DNA from: Basidiobolus meristosporus CBS 931.73
Taxonomy: Eukaryota; Fungi; Basidiobolomycota
Reading direction: 5' to 3'
Length of the DNA stretch: 64,000 nucleotides
NCBI GenBank assembly: GCA_002104905.1
Contig: MCFE01000421.1
Coordinates: 14,144-78,143, forward strand
Shown here one piece after another: positions 12,091 through 25,521 of this stretch. The notes beneath the pieces were generated by a model that was given only the letters and a program-made list of their open reading frames with translations, ran no database searches and was not told the origin of the DNA. The position numbers and the translations under genes were made by a program. Each line of letters starts with the position of its first letter. Within the stretch, counting starts at the first letter, position 1.

Positions 12091-13328
12091 ACACTTCCCC
12101 TGCCCATATAGCCAATAAGGAAGCCCTCGGTCGGTGTAAGCTTATTTGGAGGGCTCGCTGAGTGGCCATGAGGAATCAGGCTACACAAATCCAGCGGACA
12201 TCAATGTGTCAGTCACGCTCAGCTGTCTCAATGGCCAGCGCCATTCGGTCATCTCAGTACTTGGGTTCGTACGATCCCATGCTGTCTGAGACCGGTGATG
12301 GCTCAAGTCATCTCCATGGCAAGAGGGCTGAGCCAACATCATCCGTTGGTGACATACCCTCTGTCTGCTGAATCACTGCAGCACCAGTTCGTGCAGGTTG
12401 GCTGACTCATGAGCATAATGGTGAGAGTGAGAATAAGTTATACCTGATGGCTCACCCAGCATTCATGAGTACACGCATGCACCTCCGGGTTGATTGCTGG
12501 GGGAAGCCTAGGAGCCTGGGCGCCGGTTGAACGAGGATCCCTCCATTCCAGATGCGCCGGCTGTGGCACCGGCTCGAAGCCTGACATATCAATGGGGCGA
12601 TGGAGCTAGGATAATCGTGTGCTCATGAATTAGGCTTATGCCTTGTCTAGTACAGTCTCATCCGACACGTACCCGGTGGTATAACAGGATGCCCAACCCG
12701 TATCCCGATGAAACTCACAGTAACGATCTCTGAAGTGCACCACTCTCCCGGACTGATTCCTGGTCACATTACTATATTCATGGGGGTGGTTTCACCCGAG
12801 CAGCTAATTTGGCGACTTCAATTGATTAGATTTTAATTAGTATTGCTTCATGCCGCTGGGGGCGGATGTGGATGTAATGATGGCTAGACCAAAGCAGAGT
12901 GTTGACTGACATGAACCTGGATGACACTGTTGAGCAGATGAGGATTAAGGAGCAAACTGAGGAGGATCGGAAGAATGGCGGGATGCTGGCGGATGGGTAT
13001 ATCAAGATTCAAATTATGATGGAAGGCTGAAGCGGAAATTCAAAATGAGCCTGGTCGAGGGGATTGAAAACAATGTCCGGGGGAGTGAGGTTCAGAAGAT
13101 ATAGTCTGTTACGAAATTCATTATGCAGTGTACGCACTGAATGGGATAAAGCCTTATTCAAGGAGCGGTTGGTGGTCCTCATGATTATATCATACATCAG
13201 CACACTCGGATGCATTCACCTTCCGGTCAAAGAGTCCTGCGCAGTCAGTTGCGCAGTTCTCCATAAAACCAGCACTGGGGGAAAGCCTCTTGAGAGGTAT
13301 ACAGAAACCAATTATCATGTCTGATATG

Positions 13329-14792
13329 CTAAAGCCAGTAGGGCACTATAAACGCAGGGAGTCGGTGGATCGCATTTTGCCTGCCGGGCATCTTTCTCCA
13401 TGTGATCTTGACACCGGTGGACTCCAGCAGACCCTTGGCTTGGTGCTCAGTGATGTTCCGGCAAAAGCTCAACGATACCTTCTGAAGGTTCGGCAGCCTA
13501 CTCAGAGTTACCAGGCTGGCGGGGGTGATATGTGAGCCAGATATTTCCAGGTTTTCGATATTAGCACAGTCTTGCAGCAGCGCCATAATCATCCGGTCGG
13601 CCTGTAGTGGGCACTTTAAGACCGCGCACCCAAGGGAAAGGGACTTTAGCTTGGAGGTGGATATCACCATTGAAGTGACATCCACATAATTGTAGAATAG
13701 GCCTCCAATGTCGAGATGTGTGATGCTAGGACAGTAATAGGAGATGAGTTTAAACAACTCCTCGGTGTGTCCGATCTTAGTATGAGCTACGTTCAGTTTT
13801 CTTAGCGATGCTCTGGAAGAGCGGATGACGGTTTGAATAAAGTCCATTCCAACATTCGTTTCGCTAACATCCAGGCATTGGATGGGGATGAGTGCGAGGG
13901 ATGCGAGAACTTGATCGTTTAGGCACGAGCAGCGGGTGATCTTGACGGATCGTAGATTGGGAAAGCTATCAAGCTTGGCAAGGGCCGAAACAGAGGAGAG
14001 GTCGCAGTTCCGAAGTTTGAAGGACTCCAGGCTATGGCTGTGGTGCTTGACGAGGGAGTTCATGAGGCCCTCGAGCTGGACGTCATGGATGCAATCGAGG
14101 ACAAGCTTGCGCAGGGTATTTCGCCGAATTTGTGAGGTGATATTATCAAGATTCACGTGTGTGAAGGAGCTCTTTAATGAGCGAATCTTGATAACTTCTA
14201 GGTGATGGCAAGTTCTCGCAATTGCTTCGAAAACTTTATTATCAATAGGGTCGCATCGGGAATGTTCAATTACTAGGTGAGTCAGTTGAGTTAACTTAAT
14301 ATGCGGGCCAAAAACAAGCTCGAGAGGAATCGTTTCGGCACATCTCAAACGTTCCAAGTTGCTCGAATATCCCTGCGCCAGAGCACACCATAGCTGTTGC
14401 ATAGCTACCTCCACTACCGACACTCCATGCTCCTGGCTCTCAAAACTCTGCTGGTTAATGGACCACAGTGCCTGTTGAACCCATTTGAGATCTATCCTCT
14501 TTACTAGAGATAGATAATTGACCAAGGTGGATGGTCCTGAGGTGGAAGATGCTCGAAATGTATCAAGCTCTAAACAGGAGAACAGCGTATTCATAAGTAA
14601 ACGAGCACGCTTCTGTTGTAGAGAATTAGTAGCAACGTTAGGAAAAGAAGACCAAGGAGATTGGTAAAGATAGTATGCGACCAACTGGGACCACTGCCGG
14701 TTTACCCGGATACAGTGGTACATTGTGGACATATCATTTCTTGACCACTTCAGGATCTTTGAAAAGCATTCAGGCGGAAGTGCTGCAAACAT
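13329..14792 (-). CDS. F-box-like / leucine-rich-repeat (RNI-like) protein, 487 aa, intronless
   Basis: N-terminal LPPECFSKIL...CIRVNRQW F-box-like motif followed by repeated LxxLxLxxC units. Confidence 0.88.
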   Translation of the reverse strand: MFAALPPECFSKILKWSRNDMSTMYHCIRVNRQWSQLVAYYLYQSPWSSFPNVATNSLQQKRARLLMNTLFSCLELDTFRASSTSGPSTLVNYLSLVKRIDLKWVQQALWSINQQSFESQEHGVSVVEVAMQQLWCALAQGYSSNLERLRCAETIPLELVFGPHIKLTQLTHLVIEHSRCDPIDNKVFEAIARTCHHLEVIKIRSLKSSFTHVNLDNITSQIRRNTLRKLVLDCIHDVQLEGLMNSLVKHHSHSLESFKLRNCDLSSVSALAKLDSFPNLRSVKITRCSCLNDQVLASLALIPIQCLDVSETNVGMDFIQTVIRSSRASLRKLNVAHTKIGHTEELFKLISYYCPSITHLDIGGLFYNYVDVTSMVISTSKLKSLSLGCAVLKCPLQADRMIMALLQDCANIENLEISGSHITPASLVTLSRLPNLQKVSLSFCRNITEHQAKGLLESTGVKITWRKMPGRQNAIHRLPAFIVPYWL

Positions 14793-17700
14793 AAGGAGAT
14801 TCTAGACGAGTAAGCATTCACTGGCAAATGGTGGTAAGTGGATGGTGATTGATCTGCGATAGAGCACCACGAATGGGAGAGGGGAGAAGAGGGTTGGAAA
14901 GAGGAATGATCAAAGTTGAGTGGATATGATATAAGGTGAGCGAAGGTGAGTGAGTCTTCGCCGGTGCCTGAGTGAAACAGAGTGAGTCGACAACGTCAAC
15001 GTAGAAACAATCAAGAAGGGATGTTAAGGAGGAGAAGTAAAATACAAATTCTAGATGGGAAAAATCAGGAAGTAAGGAGCAAGTCATTGAAGAGAGGGCA
15101 GCAGATATAGGAATTAGAAACCTGTTGGCGGCTGTTACACTCCGCGCAACTATAGATCAAATAGGATTCATCAGGACGGGTAAATAATGAAACTGAGCTT
15201 AATTGATAGCTTCTGAATAATGCCCATATATGATAATGGTTGAATGGTAACAATGAAGATAAAAATAGATATCCTGCAGCTGAGGAGAGATGCGCACCAT
15301 CACGAAGCTAATAGATTTAATATAGATATAATGCGGCCTGGCCAATGAGGGCGAGGAGCGGACACCACTCATATAAGATCAGTTGGTATGGGTTTTGTTT
15401 TTATTTTGCCCAGTTCAATTATAGTGATGGCGATAGAATGGCATCACTTGATATATGTGGCAGCGCTGACTGGCTGCCAGCCGCGACAGAGGTAAATCAT
15501 AGGCCAGCAGCACAAATGAAACATCCATTGTACAGAGTAGCGGTGAAACACTCGCTGTCTGAAACAAACGTCTGGAAAAGTCAGTAAATCGACGGCCAGT
15601 CATTGGCATTCCTTGAGCCCGGAATAACGTGACAATCGCCCTAGCTACCAGCGTCGATTCGCCAGACACCACATGGAGCCCAGGAGTCCGATGGCATCAT
15701 TGGGATCGAATGAAACCTTGCTAGATGAAATCGCATGTATTCAGACTCCACTCGAGGGGCTCAGGGAATGATGTTGCCGCCTCGGAGGCAACGCTACGCT
15801 CATCCACGGCCAGCAACCCACGCAAATTAATGGATATTGCGCGTAACCTTGATGTTTCGGAATGTGGTACATGGCAGGAGGGCGAGTGAAAATTTGCATC
15901 GATTAGTTGTCAAGCGTGGGCAGCGAGATCCCCCCAATCCAGCGCCAACCTCAGGTTTGGCGGGTCCCGATTTTCCCCATCCGATTGTGCGTTGATAAGA
16001 GGTTGATGCCACGCAGTGCTGATCCAAACTGGCAAGACGAGCCTGCTCAGGGGCATATAGCGGATGGCTGCAGAATTCATTTATTGTGTAAGGCAATTGA
16101 GGGTCAGGCCGCTTGGGTGTGTCCTAGGGAGCGCTTGGTGTCCCAACCCTCTTGTTTCCTGCTCTATGAACACCTCGCATACATCGCCGCTGGCGACATC
16201 CAAGACCAGAAATTCTCCTGGATAATGATCACTGATCTTATCGTGGTGGTGTACGATGATCTGGAGATACAGAGATTAGCCCTAGCGATGCACCACCGTG
16301 CATACAATGCACCGCAGCGCAGGCCAGCTACAGGGCAGACACTCTACGAAGAGCATTTGGGCCTTGCCTAGAATTGGGGATTGTGCTGATGAACAAATAG
16401 ACTCACCACCAGATCGGTAGACCCGATGATAAGCTTCAGGCGGGGCGACATCTAGAGGCCCTACATCTACATCTCCAGAAAGATGATCTTTGCCCTGAGC
16501 TTACGGGCCCTTCAAATGCGCACTTCCCTGCTGCTGGATGCGGCTGATGGTTATCGGGCCAAGAATGCACCTCAGCCCTTCTGCTGCTCCTGTTACAACA
16601 TGCGTCACCATTCGATGGATCTCTTGCACGATGATTCTCAGCAATCGAAATGAGAACGGTGTCCATTTGCGGCCGGATGTTTCACCTGGTGCGATCTGCT
16701 CGGATTCCATATCTGGATGATTTTAGAAGTCGAATCTTGCTAAACGCAACCCAGCCATTGTTTACGCAATATCTTTATTGGCCTTACTAAATAAGGAGCA
16801 TGGAGACGGGCGGTACCACCTAGTTTCTTCAGGTGCCTTGCCATTATCGAAGATCTCTGGCTGGGAGAGTGGCTATGAATGACCCCGCTCATGTCGCCAG
16901 CAATCGACAGCTGTTGCTAGCAAGTCGCTCCAGTGTTTCTAGAACGGCAGCGTAGGGAATTCTCCGGCACGCCTATCTACTGATCAGTCCATTGGATCGA
17001 TATCTGATTGCTACGGTCAAGCCAACATGCATCCACCATCTTGATTCAAGCACTACACGTACACTGCCGAGTCCATTAATCTCAACAGGATTTCGAATAT
17101 ACTCCGAGCTCTAGAGCACCTCTTGCTTGACCACCATCTCCTGGCTAGGCTTAGGATGAGTGAATGGCATTTGGACTATTCTGTGCCACAGCAGTCCAGG
17201 TTCAGTATTTGGAAATGAACAGCACATCGCACAAAATTGAAGTGGTTTCAGTTGTAACGTGTTATCCCAGGAACGAATTAAGCAGTATGCATGAAACCTG
17301 TTTGAACGAGCGGCCATTGGTGTGATAAATATACATATATTTACGAAGGCCTTGGATTTGTGAATCAAGAGCATGAATGCCGTCGCGCAGAGATTGTCAA
17401 TTAATGAAGCAAAGGGCAAACCGGATTGGGCTACCGGTTTGGTAAATCTGTGATCGTAATCCTAGGTCTGGTGCTTTATTTGACTCGACTAAATTTACCG
17501 CACCATGGTTCTATCTATAGAACGCCAGTACGCCATGTGAATCTCTGACTACAAATAAATGTTCCAACTTCGCGATTTGGTAATAATGAGAATTTCGGCC
17601 GCATCCACTTCTCGAATATATCAAGAGATCCGTGTTACCGTGGTGTACTTGGAGCCATCTAACCATCCAGTATGCCAAACATGCGCATGCTAGTGCATTG

Positions 17701-19039
17701 CTAAGCATTGGCAAGCTGGACATGTACGAAGCTTCACAGTATGCAACGTATTTACCTCTGAGGTCAATGAGAGACCAAGGTGGGCACACTCAATCTATCC
17801 ATCAAATGTACTTGTCTCTTCGCCCATTTATGGCTTATCGGCGCCAGCAAATGTCCCATTTTGTACATGCTCGAGCAAAAAGATGAAAAGGGACATGTAA
17901 ATAAGACAGTAATCAGGGTCGTGGTAATCTGGCAATCGCTTGGTTTTACATCGCCTCTTTAATTTGATGGTCGAAGAGTCGCTCGAACAAAAAAGGTAGA
18001 TGATGTTATTGTGGTTATCATGGACATGAAGTTGTGGGCAGATTCTGATTCTCCATGATTGACACATGAATATGTTTAGCATTGGATCATCTAAGACTAA
18101 TTGAGAATGGCGTCTATCCTATATTGGTTGTGGAGGAATGTTTACCGTGTGTGCCACTGGTTGAGATGTAGGGAGAGTGCTGGGGAGCCATCTATTTAAC
18201 TTTTGTATTCGTATGGTCGATGATGCCCTCGGTCAGATATAGCCGAGCTCGCCTTCCGAAATTCCTTAATCCTGACGCGTTATGAAACATGGAAAGCGAG
18301 CTTCTTTTTGAAAGCACGGTTCCTCAAGTGACCTTTGCCGCCTACTACTGTCTTGTAAAGCTCAAGATTGTACTTCATATCTCAGCATGGATTAATGATG
18401 ATCCCAAGTTTGCTAATGGATATTCCGAGACGAATCACTGAATCAGGCATTTACGTCATCAGTATTGATGAGGAGCCGAGCAAGAGGATATCTAATGTTC
18501 TAATGCGAGATCAAACAGTCTGTGATCGGTATCGATTGCTGTTGCAACCTTGACAAACTCTCCTCTAGCAGGTTCAAGCTATGAGTGTGAGAGAGGGTCA
18601 TACAATGCCAGCTCATGGGTTTCGAGCTTCGGCGCAAAACGTATCTGTGTAATGAGTTCGTATCTCCTAATGATGTTGATAGTTTGCTTGGTTGCTCTTC
18701 ACATGAAAAATGCTGTGAGGAATTTTGTTGTAAATATCTCGTATGTTTTTGTTATAACTGATTGGCTTCTTTCTTTTTCTGGGACATTTTGAAAGAATTT
18801 TAGTGATACTAAGACAGTTGGGTTTTCTTGGAGATGCTGATATGAGGAAATATGATTTTCACCTGCAAATGCTGAAGGGTGTACCTACTCTTGTGATAGT
18901 ACATTGTGAATCCAATATGGGTGTGCGCTGTTGTGACTGTGAGAAGTTTAGTCAAGTACAAGGCCTTTAATGCTATAAATATTTAGCTTACATCTATATC
19001 ATTCATAAGCCTTAGGATTCTAATTAGCTTATTGACAAC

Positions 19040-20045
19040 TTTTGAGTTATTACCTCGGATTTAGTTCATAAGATATTTGCCAATTCTCAGAATTAATGAA
19101 GGCCTTTATCAAGATCTTCAAACTTGTCCAAACGTCCCTAAGCTTTGACACCAACATGCCAAATACCTATTTGCCCCTAACCCCAAATGTACTCAATACG
19201 CCAACAAGTGAATATCATGCAATGCTTCTTGTTCAACAAGCCGCTTATAATACTCCCTAGAATCTTGTAATGCTGCAAAGGTCTGATTACTTGGGGTTAC
19301 AACTCCTTAACAGCTACAGATTCCTCTGAAAATCCCAATAGTCTGTACAAGTATCAAATACATGTAGGGACTTCAGATGTAATACTAATTATTTGAAATG
19401 TAGTGGCCATGTCCAATAGTGATTGCTTTACATCCCTGTTAGACCTATAGCATGCAGTGCTAGTGAGAATTATATGCTGGTGAATTTGAGGATCCAATGC
19501 CCTGATGTTGAGCTACTTACCAGCTATTTATTCATCTGTTAATATAATATCGTATTTTGCTGATTGCTTAGTTAAGCGTACTTCTTACCGCTAGTCAAAC
19601 TCACTGACCAGTGTGGGGCATGCGAAGCATTAAGCTATTGCGGGTATATGCTTACCAAGGCCGCGGAAATATCTCAAGGATTCTGGAGATATTGAAGTTA
19701 CTAGCAGTGTTGGTTGGCTAAGCAATTATCACTAATATACTTACTGTATGTATAGATAGTCATATGATTTACAAGTCAGCTTATTGACATTCTCATATGG
19801 CTATGACACAAAGCATGTAAAGCATGCTCAGAGTGAACTCATGGATCTTGCTATTTCTTGCCCTAATTCTAGTTGGGATCTACTGATAAGAAAGATCTCA
19901 AACTTGTACTTGATCAAATTCTCAGCTGGTATTCTGCTGGTATTCAGATGATATTTTTCCTTCAATTTTTCAGAAATCAGGTACCAATGATATGAGAAAT
20001 CTCACATTGTTCAGAGAGCCCCTAAACTTGCACACATGCTCTCGG
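19040..20045. mobile_element. Highly degenerate LTR relics of the same copia superfamily
   Basis: CpG-poor block with LTR-like pieces, e.g. AGGTACC...AAACTTGCACACATGCTC at ~19980-20040 and GGAGATATTGAAG at ~19685. Confidence 0.5.
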
Positions 20046-20393
20046 TGTTGTAAAAATTCGTAATTCCACCTAAATATTCACTTAACTTAGTCACTTGGAT
20101 CATTACCCACAAATCTTAGAGAATACTGACCAAATTCCTTGTTGGGATTTACTTCGAATACTTTCACCAAAACATCAGGTACCCAGAACATGAAAATTGG
20201 ATAAGTTGTCCAAGCAGCCCCAAACTTTGAACACATGTTCTTGGGACCTTCTTCAACCTATTCTACGTGTTTTTTACTCCAAGACCATGTGAAAGTATAA
20301 ATACTACTTTTACATTCAATAAATCATTAAGTGAAACCACATAATCTACTTGCTTTCCCAATCACTTCCAATATCTCTAAGACTCTCACAATA
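20046..20393 (+). mobile_element. Solo LTR (no matching TSD)
   Basis: TGTTGTAAAAATTCG...CTCTCACAATA, colinear with the family LTR; flanks CTCGG and GTGCA. Confidence 0.92.
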
Positions 20394-21462
20394 GTGCATA
20401 GACTTGGCCAATGTAGATATGAAGCTTACAATGGCAAGCACATCAACAAGCTATATGTGAACATACTTTGACAAGCATTGAGGTGTCTGGTTTTTAGTTC
20501 AAATATCCAGAAATATTTTTCATCCATACACAACCCCCAGTAAGCATTAGGGCTTCGTCCTAGTAGTAATAGGCTCTTAGAATATATATATATGCATATA
20601 TATTAATTCACCATGAGATGGTCGATTATTACTTCCAGTAAACACAATTTCAGGTTCTGTTTGCTGTGTGAAGATGCGGCAATACCTAATATTCCTATAT
20701 CCTATTTGGTCGGGTGGGTCAGAAATATCCGAGCACCATCATGTTACACCTGACCTCATGTAATTTGAGAAATACCAGTTCACGTATTGAGGCATTCAAC
20801 CAGGATAAGAAGTTCGTAAGCCAGGTTCAGAGTTTTCGCTTCCTGGCTCACAAGGCCATTTGCTACAAGTAAATCTATGGACACCATCAGTGCCTCAACA
20901 CTTCAAAACTACCTAGCAATGCATAGGTCTCATTGATAGTGTCATGTAAAAACCAGTTCGGAATCGGAGTTTTAACTCCATGTTCTGAGGCCGAGTGCCT
21001 TCCAGCTCTAAGCATTACTGATTCTAAGCTTCCTATGGACGAAGCCAGCCCAGAACTTCGCCCTTCTTAGCTTTCAGGCTGTCGGGCGTACGAAAGATGC
21101 TGACATTGACGATTCTCCGGTGTCAGAATTATCAAATGAAGAAATTCTGCGCTGGCGAATTCAATCCATATGTTCCCGACACAGCAGGCGAGAAATACCA
21201 ATCAGCGAACCTTACCAATGAATTAGGAAATCGCTTTAGCCGCACCTGTGGTTGATAACACCTGAACTGGTCCTGGAAATTCCGATGTCCTCTAGCACCC
21301 TAATGGTTGTATAGTGCGAATGACGGGAGAGTTCCGCTTACATGGGGTTTCTTCTGATCATGAATGATCCGCTGCGCGATGTGATTTGTTCTTGAGGTGC
21401 ACACAGACCGGAAATCCTATTTAATGGATGTATCGGCCCTCTAATCTCCCTAGAGAACTGCA

Positions 21463-22593
21463 ATGTTCACCGATAAGCGTCAGTGGAGAAGTCTGGACAC
21501 TGGGTTTAAGATTCCGTATCATGCGATCGTTGACGATGCTCAGCTGGAGCATCTCTCGGCCATTTCCTCCACTTCCAGTAGCTCCTCGAGCTCTTCCTTC
21601 GGCACATCCATACCACAAAGGTTCATTTTCAACGCAACCAAGACATCCCAACCGAAAAAACCTCGACAAAACCGCTTGAGTGAGCTGCCCCTTTTCGCTG
21701 CGCTAAGGAAGCGCAAGGCTCAACAATCCTTGAAAACGCTCTACGGCCCACTATCCATCGTCTCCTCCACCAGCTCTGGAAGCATGGTTTACAAAAGCTG
21801 CTCGCCACAGAATGGGCAGCTCCACGCGATCAAGGTGTTCCGCTTTCGTTATACTTACGAGACTCACCGGGAGTATTGCCTCAACATCAGCAATGAAATC
21901 TACATTGCCACCTCACTGAAGCACGAGAATATCATTCGAATGGTGGATGTTTTGGAGGAAAATGGGCGGCTGTATCAAGTCATGGAGTACTGCCCCTACG
22001 ACCTATTCACGGTATTTGAAAAGCTGAGCCCCACAGACAGCCAAGTCAAACAGTATTTCGTGGAGCTGGTGCATGGCGTTGCATATCTTCACCATCGGGG
22101 AGTGGCTCACCGTGATCTCAAGTTGGAGAATCTATGTATTGACCAACAGGGACACTTGAAGATCATAGACTTTGAGTTCGCCACCCTCTTCCGGAGCTCG
22201 TCCAACTCGAAGGAAACTCATGTCACGGGTGTCTTCGGCTCCAATACTTACATTGCCCCGGAGGTTTGGGCACGGGACTCGTACGACCCTTCTAAGGATG
22301 ATGTGTGGGCTGTGGGCATCCTCTTTGTAGGTATGATAACCCGTAAGTTTCCTTGGCAAAGGGCCATTCCCGATGACCCGAGTTTTCGCCTCTTCTTGGA
22401 ATCCTGGGAGTCTATACGGCTATTCGATTATTGTCCTCCAGAGTCCATCCCACTGCTGAAACGCCTACTGGAAGTTGAGCCGGACCACAGAGCAACGATC
22501 CAAGATATACTATGCGACCCATGGTTTCAGTCGTTGGAGGCGGAGGTACAGAGTCAAGCCTCTGGCTGTTCACCAGTTCAACCGTGCCTGTAA
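21463..22593 (+). CDS. Ser/Thr protein kinase of the fungal HAL/NPR1/Hrk1-like type, 376 aa, intronless
   Basis: HAIK Lys, NE alphaC Glu, HRDLKLEN, GSNTYIAPE, DVWAVG, FPW; DFE in place of DFG. Confidence 0.88.
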   Translation: MFTDKRQWRSLDTGFKIPYHAIVDDAQLEHLSAISSTSSSSSSSSFGTSIPQRFIFNATKTSQPKKPRQNRLSELPLFAALRKRKAQQSLKTLYGPLSIVSSTSSGSMVYKSCSPQNGQLHAIKVFRFRYTYETHREYCLNISNEIYIATSLKHENIIRMVDVLEENGRLYQVMEYCPYDLFTVFEKLSPTDSQVKQYFVELVHGVAYLHHRGVAHRDLKLENLCIDQQGHLKIIDFEFATLFRSSSNSKETHVTGVFGSNTYIAPEVWARDSYDPSKDDVWAVGILFVGMITRKFPWQRAIPDDPSFRLFLESWESIRLFDYCPPESIPLLKRLLEVEPDHRATIQDILCDPWFQSLEAEVQSQASGCSPVQPCL

Positions 22594-24099
22594 TTACCTA
22601 GTTAATTTTGCTTCTCCACCATCTCTGTTGTCTATAACAAAACCCAGCCCCATGACTGGATTGCGGTGGGTGTCACCCTGGAAAGGGATATCCCCATCTA
22701 GCTTCAAAATACCTGGGGCGCATCCTGTTCATCTGATCCGTATCTATAATCGCTCCATCCAGCATGCTCTTCTGGAAAAGGTGCCTTAGTCTCTGTACAT
22801 AACGCTCACACCCCATCACACCCCATCACCAATTCCGTTCAGCAGCTACCGATTTCTAATGAAATAAATGGCTCCAGTGAACCGATACAACGGTTGGTCC
22901 TTTCGCACTATCAAAAGCTTCAATCTCCCCTGGTCGTCTGGCCTCCGTTGTGGATCCCAATCCTGAATCGTGTAACATTACATGTGATATATGTGCAGTG
23001 CTTTTGCCAGCGCTTTTACCAAAGCTTGCTTTGTCACATGCGGCTATCATTGATCCTGCGATAAACACATGATACCACTGTTTCCTTGTATGGCAAAGTC
23101 ATTGGGACTGGTATGCATCTTGATGTCTACGTTGCGGTTCAAGGATTTTCCCGTCTATCTGAACAGGTGTCATGATAGTGGGAATTAAATGGCGACTTTG
23201 TTCATGAATGAGGATGCCGCGATAAGCAATTTCTACCGGTTACACAGGTTATGTTTCTACCGGTGTCTTGTGCTAAGCTAAATCCAGGGCAATTCACTTT
23301 ACCATATTAATATATGGGCGACAATAATTAGTGATTCGATTACCATACTTGGCTTAGTGCTACCAAGGCCTAGTACAGTCCAGTTTGTTATCTAAAGGCG
23401 GGTCTGAGAGGTCCAGAAATGCGATTGGTGAGCCACTGGTATGTCGCATGATAGATAAGCGCTTCGCTACAAAAGTACGTATACATGTATGTATATGTAA
23501 ATCATTGTGCCATCAATGAACTAGTATTATAGATATGGAAATGGCAGAACGAGCAGGCCGGGCGAACCAAGTAGGGAGGGAAGGTTTGGGATGCTTGGAG
23601 AATGTGAGTTTTCACTGTGGGGTAACTAGGCATTTGACCATGTTTATAAAAATTTGCAAAGCAGACCAAAGGAGTCTAATAGAAAGCCATGGAAAATAGG
23701 CACTATTCAGTTTTCGGTATTTCCCCCATTTCGAGCAGTTGGAAATATATATAAAGTCATTACGAATACAAGATTAGCAAACTTTAAGCTGAATATGGGT
23801 AGAGATTGAACGTACAAACGAATTTAATCTATGGCAAGCGCAATATTCACTCATATACCCCAACAGAATTTTCTGACAGATACTATCCAAACACCACATG
23901 TAAATCAGTAAAACTTTCGATGTTGAAAAAAAATTACAATTAGAGGCCATATTAAAATGAGGTTTTCATACACCAGATTGGCCCACCTCTGCCCCTCATC
24001 TTAGGCAATAAGCTACACCTCAAAATTTTTGAGTGCAGTACTGTTGTGATGCCGTGCAAATATGGCTGAAGTACCTGCCAGAACAGAAATTGATCTAAG

Positions 24100-24397
24100 C
24101 ATGAAATGTGCATGCCGCATTCTCATAAGAGCCTTGGATTTACTAGAGTTGGAAAAGGTACTACCGGTGGTGTGCAAAGTTTGAAGTATTTTGGATGGCT
24201 TTGCAAAATATTGTATACTGAGTACCTGACATTCTAGTTTAAATGTTCCAAGAAAATCCTGATAGAAAATTTGGTCAAGCATTACTTCAAGCTGTGAAGT
24301 TAATGTCAGTCTTTTTGGTGAGTGTCTTGGAGATATTGCAAGTATTAGGGAGAACAAATCAATTAGGCAGTTATCACTTGATGTTCATTGAATATAG
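24100..24397 (-). mobile_element. Degenerate LTR relics
   Basis: GTGTGCAAAGTTTG (~24171) and GTCTTGGAGATATTGCAAG...GGGAGAACAAA (~24324) match the reverse complement of the LTR. Confidence 0.65.
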
Positions 24398-24729
24398 TGT
24401 TGTAAAAATTTGGAATTCCACCTAAATATTCACCTAACTTGGTCACTTAGATCATTACCTTCAAATCCTAGAGAATACTGACCAAATTCCCTGTCGGGAT
24501 TTACTTAGAATATTTACCCAGAACATGAAAATTAGATAAGTTGTCCAGACAGCCCCAAACTTTGCACACATGTTCTTGGGACCTTCCTTAACCTATTCTA
24601 CGTGTTTGTAATGCCAAGACCATGTAAAAGTATAAATACTACTTTTACATTCAATAAATCATTAAGTGAAAACCACATAATCTACTTGTTCTCCCAATCA
24701 CTTCCAATATCTCCAAGACTCTTACAACA
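24398..24729 (+). mobile_element. Solo LTR with a small internal deletion (no matching TSD)
   Basis: TGTTGTAAAAATTTGG...CTCTTACAACA, 332 bp; flanks TATAG and GTTAC. Confidence 0.93.
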
Positions 24730-25521
24730 GTTACAACTTGCAGTATCAGAAGTTGTAGTCATCTTGAGAATAAGTAGTCATATATCTTAGAAGGTGCTGA
24801 GCCTGAGTAATCCTCTTACCAAACATGGTAACAGGCAGTTCACTGACTCCAAATATATTTGTACTTGAAATATTGACTGAAAAATACCAGCAGTATACTA
24901 TAGGAAATCCAATTTTGATATTTTCATAGGGTAAATCTCAAACTAACCATTAAGTACTTACTCAGCAGGTTTTTAGACTTCTACCTGGACTCTCATAACG
25001 CATTTGGAATAGTCCTAATTCACACTAGGTGGTTTGCCAGGTTGGCAACACTCCTTTCCTAAGCCCTTTGTATTTTGATTGACTGAATTACATTTCCTAT
25101 ACCGAGCAATATATTGTGTGGCTGAATAATGGGCCTAACAAGGGCTTACTGGATCTGTTGGACGTTGTGGGGCCCCAAGTTAGTCTGTACTTCGCTAGCA
25201 TCCATTCAAATGCATAAAAATATCCATCTGTTGTGCCGTAAGTAGCGTTATCATCTTGCTCTCACAGTGTCACCAATCAACCATGCAAGATCCATGGCAC
25301 AACCGCCGCATGATTCCTAGCAGATAACCTACTGAAGGAGTAAAAATTCTTTCCATCCAACAGCCAATCACAATCCACCCATCGACACTATAATCACATT
25401 GACCTGGAAAAAGACTACATTTCGATGAGGTGGACCATATTTGTTGGCTGATTCACAGAAACCGCCAGCTCGAAGTATTTCCTAGTCGTAAGCATACCCG
25501 TTATCGAAACCACCAGGAACC

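Noticed and set aside
15000-18600. Many 60-150 aa ORFs in CpG-rich intergenic DNA
   Set aside because: They overlap on both strands with no motifs or consistent splice model; a gene could still be hidden here without RNA-seq.
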